From contig DRBO01000022.1 of NCBI GenBank assembly GCA_011039385.1, positions 1 to 47,795 of the forward strand: a DNA stretch of 47,795 nucleotides, in the 5' to 3' direction. The notes under the pieces are model-generated. The model ran no database searches, was not told the DNA's origin, and was given only the letters and a program-made list of their open reading frames with translations. The stretch's first letter is position 1. The number at the start of each line of letters is the position of its first letter. The stretch comes from Chloroflexota bacterium (GTDB lineage Bacteria > Chloroflexota > Anaerolineae > Anaerolineales > UBA11858). Both the position numbers and the translations under genes were made by a program. Positions 8,201 to 15,729 of the stretch are shown here, one piece after another.

Positions 8201-9681
8201 AAGCCCTTGCTGTAGGCAGTCCTGACATAATCCTGTTTGAGAATATCCTCAACCGTGATATAGGTGACCCGGGTAATTTGTGCCAGTGGTCTGGCTGCCA
8301 ACACCAAAACGGGAAGGATGAGATGATCATCCCAGCCAAATCCCCCTACCGGCAGCAAGGATTTACCATAGAACTGAGTCAGTTTGATCGTACCCATTTG
8401 CAGCAGCAGTGCCGCAAAGAAGCTGGGCACGGACACACCAACAATGGACACCATCAGGGCTGCCAGCGTGATCCCGGAGCGTCTTCCAGCGATTAATACA
8501 GCCAGAATCACGCCTACCACAGCTGAGACCAGCAGCGATACGCCCAGCAAACCCAGGCTGCGGATCAGGACGTCAGGGATGACTTCCACAACTGGTTTGG
8601 ACAGCAGAGAGACGCTCCCTGAACTGGTTTCCCCTAAATCCCCCCGCAAGGCATCAGAGGCATAATCCATGGTTTTAACAACGCTGTCCCCAGCCGCCTG
8701 TTTAAAAGGCACTCCCCTGGCCATATCCAAACCCAGGAAGCTGGCGTAGGTGATAAAAGCCAGGACTAAAAGCCCAAAGACCAGCCGGGGAAATAGGAAA
8801 GAAACCGACTGATTCAGACGGCGCAGGAAAGGAATATCATGTTCTGTTTTATCAGCGCTGTGATGAAAGCTCAACTTCCATCCTCCTTCCCCAATAACCC
8901 TGTTGTCCCGTATCAAGAAAAGATACCAGCCCAGCAGCAGGAACAGTACCACCAGCTCGGCCAGAATGATTAACCAATCTGTGTTAAGACCGGAGATAGC
9001 CTTCCCTCCTTGATAGATATGGATGGGGGTGATTCGAGAGATCTTCTCCAGGTCAGGATAGATATTGGCCAGGCCTACCAGCAAATAATTTCCAACCAGG
9101 GCTGCCCCGGTGAACATACTGGCCATGCGCGAGGATGGCAATACCTGGCTGAGCAGGATAGCCAGAAAGCCAAATAGAGCCAGCTGGGCTAGCAACGGCA
9201 GAAACGGTCGAGCTAATTCCAGGGCTGTGAGGTCCAACCCTGAAGCCCCCGCAGGAATGGCCCAGCTCAACCAGGCAATCGTCAGGAGTATGACCAGGGT
9301 TGCCAGGAAGCCCAGGACCCTGCCCCAGAATATCCCTGACCTGCCAGCCGGATAGGACAGGATCGGATCCGGGACGCCATCTCCCTCACCCTGGCTCAAC
9401 AGCTTGGCTCCCGCGCCAACAGCCAGGATGCCCATGATCACCATCATGATATTAAAGAAACAGACATCCAGGTAACCTTCCGGAGCAGAAAGAGAGGTAA
9501 AACTGCTCCCGAGGAAGGCCATCAGCTCCTCCGGGAAGGAAGCCAGATAACCAGAAAAATCTATCAGGGCAATGTCACTGTAAATGCCAACCATCAGCAG
9601 ACTGTAGACAGCCAGCCCAATGCCCCAACCAATGATAATTCCTCGAAATTTTCTTATAGTACGTGTGAACTCTACAAACAC
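5272..9681 (-). CDS. four-module fusion protein: ABC-2-type permease-like domain + OppB/DppB-like permease + OppC/DppC-like permease + extra TM + PA/M28 peptidase-like domain
   Basis: Uninterrupted 1469-aa ORF with a GTG start after GGGAGGG.
- aa 1-260: 6-TM ABC-2-like domain (degenerate E-x-E-x-GT...LLS-P-x-R region as QGEGDGVPDPILSYPAGRSG, ending FLIRD).
- aa ~285-586: BPD_transp_1 type with the EAA loop (DYVRTAYSKGL), ending LIDPRLR.
- aa ~660-955: OppC-like (YPWGTDPLGRDI, ESAEAAGA).
- aa 967-983: extra TM helix.
- aa ~990-1469: PA + M28-like region (NNNASGVALMLELIR, TFLFIAY). Confidence 0.8.
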   Translation of the reverse strand: MFVEFTRTIRKFRGIIIGWGIGLAVYSLLMVGIYSDIALIDFSGYLASFPEELMAFLGSSFTSLSAPEGYLDVCFFNIMMVIMGILAVGAGAKLLSQGEGDGVPDPILSYPAGRSGIFWGRVLGFLATLVILLTIAWLSWAIPAGASGLDLTALELARPFLPLLAQLALFGFLAILLSQVLPSSRMASMFTGAALVGNYLLVGLANIYPDLEKISRITPIHIYQGGKAISGLNTDWLIILAELVVLFLLLGWYLFLIRDNRVIGEGGWKLSFHHSADKTEHDIPFLRRLNQSVSFLFPRLVFGLLVLAFITYASFLGLDMARGVPFKQAAGDSVVKTMDYASDALRGDLGETSSGSVSLLSKPVVEVIPDVLIRSLGLLGVSLLVSAVVGVILAVLIAGRRSGITLAALMVSIVGVSVPSFFAALLLQMGTIKLTQFYGKSLLPVGGFGWDDHLILPVLVLAARPLAQITRVTYITVEDILKQDYVRTAYSKGLRSIYVMAVHITRNAAVPVLTTIGLSLRFALSSLPIVEYFFGWQGLGYTLLQSISNRDDDLTIGLALCLGILFILVNLFLDWSYILIDPRLRDQGANVRGGKKGFWGFWKNLIKNVRTFLADKPWLRWLPGKKEASQSPFREIIDQREDGFTYYDTLAMGKARLRVWLKGTLGNPALLIGVVIVTSLALVMFFSPQLSPHSPYQTQGLTIEDGELLVPPFKPDKVYPWGTDPLGRDIMSLILSGAQQTFTLAIFVVVVRLVVGFLLGALAGWFSGSWLDRFVLGASETIAAFPALLLVMVLILGIGIRQGMQPFIIAMSFIGWSEIMQYVRSKVLEIKPQLFIESAEAAGAHSGRILGKHVFPNIIPGLVSILSLEMGAVLMLLGELGFIGIFIGGGAFAEIEIWGPPYHYSDVPEWGALLSNIRLYARSYPWTALYPAGAFFVAITGFNFLGEGIRRFIETVGIAATRLIINKYTLAVFGLLAGVFFWFRGTTGSTAIFIQQAESFQGERAYAYLDILSDPRWEGRSLGTAGMDQAAAYIAGEFEALGLQPAGEEFTYFQTRTREFEYLTREPTLKFYDGSPELVYHEDFVEFVGYYQNLGSAKGEMVFLGLGDLMQTGQWFRNFPALDELDFSGQIVVVLNERDAGILHDIPKDGLLIVTEDESLINQRTTLSARSPFFNPFGSTETIGQNTPILRISTEVANNLLEGTGYQVNSLKIRVDDLKQDECLIIPTGIEAAMTVQGSVVEDFEVRNVIGHLPGNKGDPKAQMDNKLVVVMAQYDSPPLIRGASAPQAANNNASGVALMLELIRTMQESGYQPNRTFLFIAYAGEGQEGGEWVYPDISKFLQAKGGFSKYLDLEAIIGIRGVGAGGGEEVMLSTQGSLRLVELFESSARKLGIPVTKADSQVDLSILFNEGNNVPVAEASFVGVHWEEWWDTGGTMDDNMDTIDLEKLQQAGEVLSLGVMVMGYELNY

Positions 9682-9817
9682 GATCCCTCCCGAAATCTTC
9701 AGTGATCAAAATGCGGCTCTGCAATGTTATCCGGTTAGGAGTTCCCCTCGGCAATTAATGAGAAGGCCAGCAATACCCAAAATCGGAACATGATACTTGC
9801 TTCTGTGAAATTTCTCC

Positions 9818-11590
9818 TTAATATTCACCCAGGAAGATCACGCCATAAATGGACAACGTCAACACCGTATCCACAATCACTGCAGTCATGTAGTACCCCA
9901 GTGAAGAGGTCACAGAATTGCGGTGGCGCCGGCGCCATTCTGCTGTAGCGATACCTAGGCCGATAATGATGATCGGCACTCCAACCCGTAAAACTGATCC
10001 CAATCCTTGTGGGACATCCAGCCAGGCAGAAAAAGGCACATAGATCAATATGTCAGGCAGGAACAGCAGCTTGGAAACCTGGTAAGAGAGCAGCGCAAGC
10101 ACCACCAAGGCTATAGACAGGGGCTGAGTGACATCTTCATCGTTGCGGGCTAATCGCAAGGCAATCGTTATCACCAGCCCTATGGCCATCCAGGGGAAGG
10201 CAAAAGGGAAGAGCAGGATGCCAGTGATCGCTTCCAGTCCCCCTGAAAAGATCAGCGTAGAGAAATCACCCAGTGCAACCCGGTCTAATCTCTCCCTGGC
10301 GATAGGAGCAGTGGTGGCATAAAAGACCCGATTCCCAGCAAAGCCTTCCTGCCAGATCAAATGCAGATTTCCTCCAGCATCAAGGGAGATGCTCGGGTTC
10401 TGAGAGATCTCAGTTGTGCGCGTTCCCACAACGTAGCTATCATAGACCCCTTCCTCAAAGATCCCTACCATGATCTGCATATGGAAGTCGAGTCGATTGA
10501 CCTGGCGGGCAGAAACAGCGACGAGCATTACGTCTTGGGCCGGGGTTGCCAACGTCTGGGGATTAAGGATATGATCGGTGCTCAGGTAATCCTCAGGAGG
10601 TGCAGGGACAGCCTGGGAGAGAGACAAGGACCCTTGATAGGGCTGAAGGAAATCCTCGCTTACCGGGAAAATCGTTACCAGTCCTCGGCGGGCTTGGCCC
10701 ATTTCACTCTTTGGAAATACCAGGTATTCCGTGATCGCAGTCCCGGCTTCCAGACCAGTCTGCCGCAAAATGGACCAGAACAAGTATACCTGGCTGTCAG
10801 TGATACTTATCACAGGGCCATCCAATCTATTTCCCAGGGCAACCTTGATGGTGGCCATTGCTTCTCCTTCTAACGGGAAAGAAGTATCTTCATAAATTGA
10901 AGCATAGAACAGCTGATCTCCCTGCATCCAGGCGACATGAGTCCCTTCCTGATCTGCTATCAGCGCAGGTAATTCCCCCTCTGCTACCATTAACTTCGGA
11001 GGTGAAATGAGATTTCCTTGTTTTGATATTCTAGTGAAATAGAGGGAATTGGCATTACCATCCTCCCAGACGATGGTCAAATTTCCTTGATCATCCTCAG
11101 TTCCTTCAAATTGGCTGACCCTTTCCGTCCCCATGGAAACCAGTTTGGGAGTTGATGTGACCTCAGCATCCGCGTTGATAATGGCATGCCACAGCTCCCA
11201 GTTTTCCTGGGTTGATTCCCGGGCAGCCCACACCAGGTGCAGTTCTTCTCCAATCGCAATCACTTGGGGGGAGCGCACATAAGGAGCCAACTCAAGATCC
11301 AGCTCCTGGTCCATGACAATCCCGGCCTCCTGGTCGAGGCGAATATACTGGAAGGAATTCCCGGTTTCTCCATTCTGCCCGGGAATGACTACCTGGATCA
11401 GGTCTCCCTCGGGGTTTACAGCCGCAGAAGGAGAGCCAATGGCCTCGGCGGAGAGGAGCATCCCCCGGCTGAAGTCACCAGCTGGTTTGCGGGTTTTCTG
11501 CCCCTCGCTCCCACAGCCAGTCAGCAGAATGACTGCCAGCAGGATAAAAGGGATAATTGGTGTTTTGTGTATTATTCTGGTCTTAATCAT
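9818..11590 (-). CDS. hypothetical lipoprotein with a beta-propeller-like repeat ectodomain and a C-terminal multi-TM domain
   Basis: Start re-called to ATG 11590 (MIKTRIIHK...), preceded by AAGGA, because the upstream 21 codons of the track ORF cover a terminator hairpin. Lipobox LLTGC. Repeated strand motifs LHLVW, LTIVW, THVAW, VYLFW and LHLIW resemble sialidase/BNR-like propellers. The last ~150 aa contain 4-5 TM helices. Confidence 0.6.
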   Translation of the reverse strand: MIKTRIIHKTPIIPFILLAVILLTGCGSEGQKTRKPAGDFSRGMLLSAEAIGSPSAAVNPEGDLIQVVIPGQNGETGNSFQYIRLDQEAGIVMDQELDLELAPYVRSPQVIAIGEELHLVWAARESTQENWELWHAIINADAEVTSTPKLVSMGTERVSQFEGTEDDQGNLTIVWEDGNANSLYFTRISKQGNLISPPKLMVAEGELPALIADQEGTHVAWMQGDQLFYASIYEDTSFPLEGEAMATIKVALGNRLDGPVISITDSQVYLFWSILRQTGLEAGTAITEYLVFPKSEMGQARRGLVTIFPVSEDFLQPYQGSLSLSQAVPAPPEDYLSTDHILNPQTLATPAQDVMLVAVSARQVNRLDFHMQIMVGIFEEGVYDSYVVGTRTTEISQNPSISLDAGGNLHLIWQEGFAGNRVFYATTAPIARERLDRVALGDFSTLIFSGGLEAITGILLFPFAFPWMAIGLVITIALRLARNDEDVTQPLSIALVVLALLSYQVSKLLFLPDILIYVPFSAWLDVPQGLGSVLRVGVPIIIIGLGIATAEWRRRHRNSVTSSLGYYMTAVIVDTVLTLSIYGVIFLGEY

Positions 11591-11606
11591 CAACCTGTTC
11601 CTTAGA

Positions 11607-11641
11607 TAATAAAAATACTGCGGATGCCCTGGCATCCGCAG
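11607..11641 (-). terminator. rho-independent terminator/attenuator after oppC-like gene
   Basis: On the minus strand, CTGCGGATGCC-AG-GGCATCCGCAG (11-bp perfect inverted repeat) is followed by TATTTTTATTAT. It lies 42 nt after the oppC-like stop and 17 nt before the next start codon. Confidence 0.7.
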
Positions 11642-11682
11642 CGAGTTTTTCACACTCAGGACGAACTTGGTTTCTGTGATCC

Positions 11683-12693
11683 TTATTTGTCTATCTGTCG
11701 AGGATCGAACGCGTCCCGGAGGCCATCGCCCAGGAAGTTAAAAGCGAGGGTAGTCAAGGAGAGCGCAATGGCAGGTAACAACACCTGGTTGGGATAAGAG
11801 CGCAGTGCCTGAACACCCTCCTGGATCATAATGCCCCAACTGGGAGTGGGCGCGTTGACGCCCAGGCCAATGAAACTCAAGAATGCCTCCGTGAAGATAT
11901 AACCGGGAATAGCCATTGTTTCCGCCACGATCAGCGGTCCTAAAATATTAGGCAGCAGGTGCTTGAACATGATCCGGGTATCATTAGCGCCCAGGGCATG
12001 CGCTGCTTCCACAAATTCCATCTGTTTGTAGGACAGCACCTGCCCCCGGGCAATGCGGGCCATTCCCAGCCAGTTGATCAGCCCGATGGCAATGAACAGG
12101 AACAGCAAACCTCCCATCTGGTTATTCAAGTTGATAAAAGCCCCCCCCATACCTTCTCCCCCACTGCGGCTGGCGATGGCTTTGAAGTAGGTTTGCAAAA
12201 GAATAACTACGATTAGAAACGGGAAGGCCCACAGGAAATCCACCACCCGCATCATGAGGTTGTCCACCCTGCCGCCAGCATAACCCGAGATCATCCCATA
12301 GACAATCCCGATCAATAAACTAACCAAGGATCCTGCAAATGCGATCGTCAGCGAAACACGGGCGCCGAATATTGTCCTGGTTAAGAGATCCCGGCCCAGA
12401 TGATCTGCCGCGAGAGGAAATTTATCACTGAAATTGGCGTAATTCTCCGCTCCTTCCGGCATTATGAACAGCATCCATTTCGGAATAGCGTTATTGGCTA
12501 TTAAATCCTGTTCGGCATAGGTATAGGGTGTGAGCTGTTTCGCAAATACTGCCACCAGGACCATGAGGATAATGAAGATCCCGCTGATAACTGCCAATTT
12601 GTTCCTCAGCAGCCTATCCATGGATTTCTGCCACAAACTGCGTTCTTTTTGTTGGGTTATCGATGAGTTCAATTCTAAATCTGCAACTGCCAT
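11683..12693 (-). CDS. peptide/nickel ABC transporter permease (OppC/DppC type)
   Basis: 336 aa with the N-terminal OppC_N-type segment, LGRDLLTR, EAA loop (EFVEAAHALGA), and the C-terminal NFLGDGLRDAFDPR. Confidence 0.9.
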   Translation of the reverse strand: MAVADLELNSSITQQKERSLWQKSMDRLLRNKLAVISGIFIILMVLVAVFAKQLTPYTYAEQDLIANNAIPKWMLFIMPEGAENYANFSDKFPLAADHLGRDLLTRTIFGARVSLTIAFAGSLVSLLIGIVYGMISGYAGGRVDNLMMRVVDFLWAFPFLIVVILLQTYFKAIASRSGGEGMGGAFINLNNQMGGLLFLFIAIGLINWLGMARIARGQVLSYKQMEFVEAAHALGANDTRIMFKHLLPNILGPLIVAETMAIPGYIFTEAFLSFIGLGVNAPTPSWGIMIQEGVQALRSYPNQVLLPAIALSLTTLAFNFLGDGLRDAFDPRQIDK

Positions 12694-12726
12694 ACAATCC
12701 TCCCAGCCACCTTGGAGTAGTTTTGA

Positions 12727-13737
12727 TTAATCATAACGAATGCGTGGATCCAGCCAGGCATAGGTGATATCCACCACTAAATTGGCGATCACCAGGACCA
12801 CGGCGTAGAGCAGGGTCACGCTGGTGATCACTTGATAATCGCGGTTCCCCACGCTGGTCACGAAATGCTTGCCCATGCCATTAATGCCGAAGATCTGCTC
12901 CACGATGAACGTCCCTGTCAGCAAAGCTGCAAAAGCCGGTCCCAGAATGGTCACTACCGGGATCAGGCTGTTCTTGAGAGCGTGGATAACGATCACTGCC
13001 CGCTCCCTGAGGCCTTTGGCCCGGGCGGTGCGGATGTAATCCTCACCAATCACCTGCAGCAGGCTGGCCCGTGTCAACCGGGCGATGCCTGCCGCCGAGC
13101 CGGTGCCCAGGGCAAAGACAGGCATGATTGCGTGGCTGAAGAATTCCTTATTTAATGCAGTGGGCAGGAAACCCAATAAATAGGGTGGTTTGGCACCCCA
13201 ACCTGCCACCGGGAACCAGCCCAGTATCAAGGCAAAGATCCAGATCAGGATTGGTGCCAGGACCATGTTGGGGATGGACACGAACATCACTGCCCCGAAG
13301 GTGGTGGTGTAATCGATCCAACTGTTTTGATTGAGGGCAGCAATGATCCCGGCCGGGATGCCGATGATGATCGCCAGCAGGAGTGACATAAATCCCAATT
13401 GGGCTGAGACTGGCAGGGTGATCTTGATGATATCCGCCACAGTTTGTCCCCGGAAATGATAGGATGGACCGAAGTCACCCCGAATCACCCCCCGGGATCC
13501 GCCTTCCTCGCCCAAAATATCGTCTCCTATCATATAAGATAGATACTGTTTCCACATCGGCCAATCCAGGTGGTATTTGGCTTCCAGGTTGGCGACAATG
13601 GTGGGCGGCAGGCTGCGGTCGCCCGCAAAATCAAACGGGCCGCCCGGGATAGCCTGCATGAGCACAAAAGTGAACAGGCTGATCGCGATTAATACCGGGA
13701 TAAATTGCAGAATTCTGCGAAATATGTAGCGGGCCAT
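12727..13737 (-). CDS. peptide/nickel ABC transporter permease (OppB/DppB type)
   Basis: Start re-called to ATG 13737 (MARYIFRRILQFIP...), which is the canonical OppB N-terminus. EAA loop DYIRTARAKGL; C-terminal LDPRIRY. The 18 upstream codons of the track ORF are the translated hairpin at 13761-13789. Confidence 0.9.
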   Translation of the reverse strand: MARYIFRRILQFIPVLIAISLFTFVLMQAIPGGPFDFAGDRSLPPTIVANLEAKYHLDWPMWKQYLSYMIGDDILGEEGGSRGVIRGDFGPSYHFRGQTVADIIKITLPVSAQLGFMSLLLAIIIGIPAGIIAALNQNSWIDYTTTFGAVMFVSIPNMVLAPILIWIFALILGWFPVAGWGAKPPYLLGFLPTALNKEFFSHAIMPVFALGTGSAAGIARLTRASLLQVIGEDYIRTARAKGLRERAVIVIHALKNSLIPVVTILGPAFAALLTGTFIVEQIFGINGMGKHFVTSVGNRDYQVITSVTLLYAVVLVIANLVVDITYAWLDPRIRYD

Positions 13738-13751
13738 AAAATAATTCCTTT

Positions 13752-13789
13752 GTGAAAATTGGAGACTGGAGGAGGAACCTCCAGTCTCC
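13752..13789 (-). terminator. intra-operon hairpin plus U-tract between the SBP gene and oppB (partial terminator / mRNA stabiliser)
   Basis: GGAGACTGGAGG-ttcct-CCTCCAGTCTCC forms a perfect 12-bp GC-rich stem, followed by AATTTTCAC on the minus strand. Confidence 0.6.
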
Positions 13790-13813
13790 AAGAGTTGCTA
13801 CAACTAGTCTGGA

Positions 13814-15604
13814 TTATTGAGCTGCCAGTTTGGCATCCATGTCAACTGTCCAGTTGTAGATGTCAATGCCGCCGATGGCCGGGAAGTTCCGGGTCAGCCA
13901 AGGCTTGCTGACGTTTACGCTGGTGTAGTGATAGATCGGGGCGTAAGCGGTTTCAACTTCAGTCAGCAGTCTCTCAGCTTCAGCGTACATCTCAGCTCGC
14001 TTTGCTGGATCAGGTTCGATACCAGCCGCTGCGGTCAGCGCATCAAATTCACCAGCTTCACGGCGAAGGCGATTGGCGCCTGCATCAGCGTTGAAGACTT
14101 CGTGGACCCAGTTGTTCTCATCCGGGTAGTCCGCGCACCAGCCGAGGCGCCAAATATGAGGCATATCCTCGAGCGGGGTGGTGTTCTTGAGGGTGTCCAG
14201 ATAGACAGCCCATTCCTGGTTCTCAACACGCACTGTGACACCGAGCACGTCAGCCCACATCTGCTGGATGGCAGCGGCGATCCGGGCGTGGCCCTCACTG
14301 GTGTTGTGCATCAACACCACATCCAGGGCGTTGAACTCATCGATGGTCATGCCCTTTTCATCCAGGTACTCCTGGAGGGAAGCTTTAGCAGCTGCGGCAT
14401 CGTAGCCCAAGCCAACTGTTCCTGGTTCGGGAGCGCCGAAGATTCCGGGAGGCGCAAAGGAGGTGGCAGGAATCTGCCCGCCCTTCAACACGTTGTCGGC
14501 CAAGCTCTGGCGGTCGATCGCCTGGGAGAATGCCCGGCGGACGCGCACGTCATCCAGGGGCGGTTTGCTGTTGGTGAAGCCGTAGTAGTAGGTGCAGGGC
14601 ACTGGAGCGATGCGGAGTTCTTCGCTGAGGACCGGATCAGCCTTGACGCGGTCCATCTCGGGGAGAGGAACGCCAGTGCTGTCCAGCTCATTGTTCTCGT
14701 AGAGAGCGAATGAGGTGGAGGCTTCCGTGATCATCACGAAGTCTACGCGCTCGATCTGAACACTGTCAGCGGCGATCCACAGGGGGTTCTTGACCAGGCT
14801 CAGCTCACCACCGTGAATCCAGCTTTCTAGGACGTAAGGACCGCTGGTAACGATCAGGCCAGCCTCAGTCCACTTGTCGCCCCACTCATCAATGGCCCAG
14901 GCCGGCATCGGTTTCACGATCCACATAGTGCTGATGCCATCGAAGTAGCCAGCAGGATATTCAAGGGTGAATTCAACCGTGGTTTCATCAAGAGCTTTCA
15001 CGCCCAGGTCATCAATGGTCAGCTCTTCATCGCCGCCGTTGATGGCTGCAGCATTCTTGATCACGTAGGTAACATAGGCATAGTCAGAGCCTGTGGCGGG
15101 GTCAACGGTTCTCTTCACACCATATTCCACATCGTAGGCATTGACAAAGCGGGGGTTACCGTCTGCGTCAACTTCCTGCGTGGTTTCGCCAGAAATTGGA
15201 TCATATTTCACCCAGGGAACGTCGTCCCGCAGGTGGAAGGTCCAGGTCTGCTCGCCGTCAGCGTTCTCGGCGATGTCCCAGGAGGTTGCCAGGTAAGGCT
15301 CAACTTCGTTGGTGACCGGGTTGAAATTGGTCAGACCAATGAAGAGGTTCTCCTGAATATCCACGGAGGTGGTGTCTGTGGCCAGGGAAGGATCCAGGGT
15401 TGGGGGTTCAGTGCCCAGGTTCAGATTCAGAGTAACGGGGATCTCTCCCGCTTCCGCTTCTTTCTCGACGACAACGGTCTCAATAATTGTCTCGCCCTCT
15501 TTCTCGACGATGACGGTCTCGACCACTGTCTCTCCGCCGCAGGCGGAAAGCACAAGCGCGCCGACGATCAGAACGGAAAATAGTGCTAATAATCTTTTCC
15601 TCAT
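13814..15604 (-). CDS. ABC transporter substrate-binding lipoprotein, family 5 (OppA/DppA type)
   Basis: 596 aa. Signal peptide plus lipobox (LVLSAC), a repetitive E/T/V-rich tether, then a typical SBP_bac_5 core (GPYVLESW..GGELSLVKNPLW). Confidence 0.9.
   Translation of the reverse strand: MRKRLLALFSVLIVGALVLSACGGETVVETVIVEKEGETIIETVVVEKEAEAGEIPVTLNLNLGTEPPTLDPSLATDTTSVDIQENLFIGLTNFNPVTNEVEPYLATSWDIAENADGEQTWTFHLRDDVPWVKYDPISGETTQEVDADGNPRFVNAYDVEYGVKRTVDPATGSDYAYVTYVIKNAAAINGGDEELTIDDLGVKALDETTVEFTLEYPAGYFDGISTMWIVKPMPAWAIDEWGDKWTEAGLIVTSGPYVLESWIHGGELSLVKNPLWIAADSVQIERVDFVMITEASTSFALYENNELDSTGVPLPEMDRVKADPVLSEELRIAPVPCTYYYGFTNSKPPLDDVRVRRAFSQAIDRQSLADNVLKGGQIPATSFAPPGIFGAPEPGTVGLGYDAAAAKASLQEYLDEKGMTIDEFNALDVVLMHNTSEGHARIAAAIQQMWADVLGVTVRVENQEWAVYLDTLKNTTPLEDMPHIWRLGWCADYPDENNWVHEVFNADAGANRLRREAGEFDALTAAAGIEPDPAKRAEMYAEAERLLTEVETAYAPIYHYTSVNVSKPWLTRNFPAIGGIDIYNWTVDMDAKLAAQ
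15461..15538 (-). repeat. imperfect tandem duplication of 39 bp inside the SBP gene (linker repeat)
   Basis: 15461-15499 (tttctcgacgacaacggtctcaataattgtctcgccctc) versus 15500-15538 (tttctcgacgatgacggtctcgaccactgtctctccgcc). These encode ETVVETVIVEKEG / ETIIETVVVEKEA directly after the lipobox Cys. Confidence 0.8.
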
Positions 15605-15729
15605 GGTTGTTCTTCTCCTTCTAAATGTGTCTGCAATTACTTGCTAACAAAAGTAAGTCTGAGCGGCATCACCTCCTTACCAGTAGATTCCCTCGCCTTA
15701 AGGATACGAGTGAATTGCGAGGGGATATA

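Noticed and set aside
11591-11653. N-terminal 21 residues of the 611-aa track ORF (MKNSLRMPGHPQYFYYLRNRL)
   Set aside because: These codons are the terminator hairpin and its U-tract read as protein. The ATG at 11590 has an SD and begins a normal lipoprotein signal peptide.
13817-14713. 298-aa plus-strand ORF
   Set aside because: It lies entirely antisense to the well-supported SBP gene and is a shadow ORF with no recognisable motifs. The same applies to 18804-19751 (315 aa), 15625-16332 (235 aa), 5818-6450 (210 aa), 32946-33611 (221 aa), 38444-38983, 27957-28469 and the other short antisense ORFs in the track.
15690-15723. 7-bp stem (CCCTCGC/GCGAGGG) with a 20-nt loop just after the oppF stop
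   Set aside because: The stem is short, the loop is large and there is no U-tract. It could occur by chance, so it is not called as a feature.
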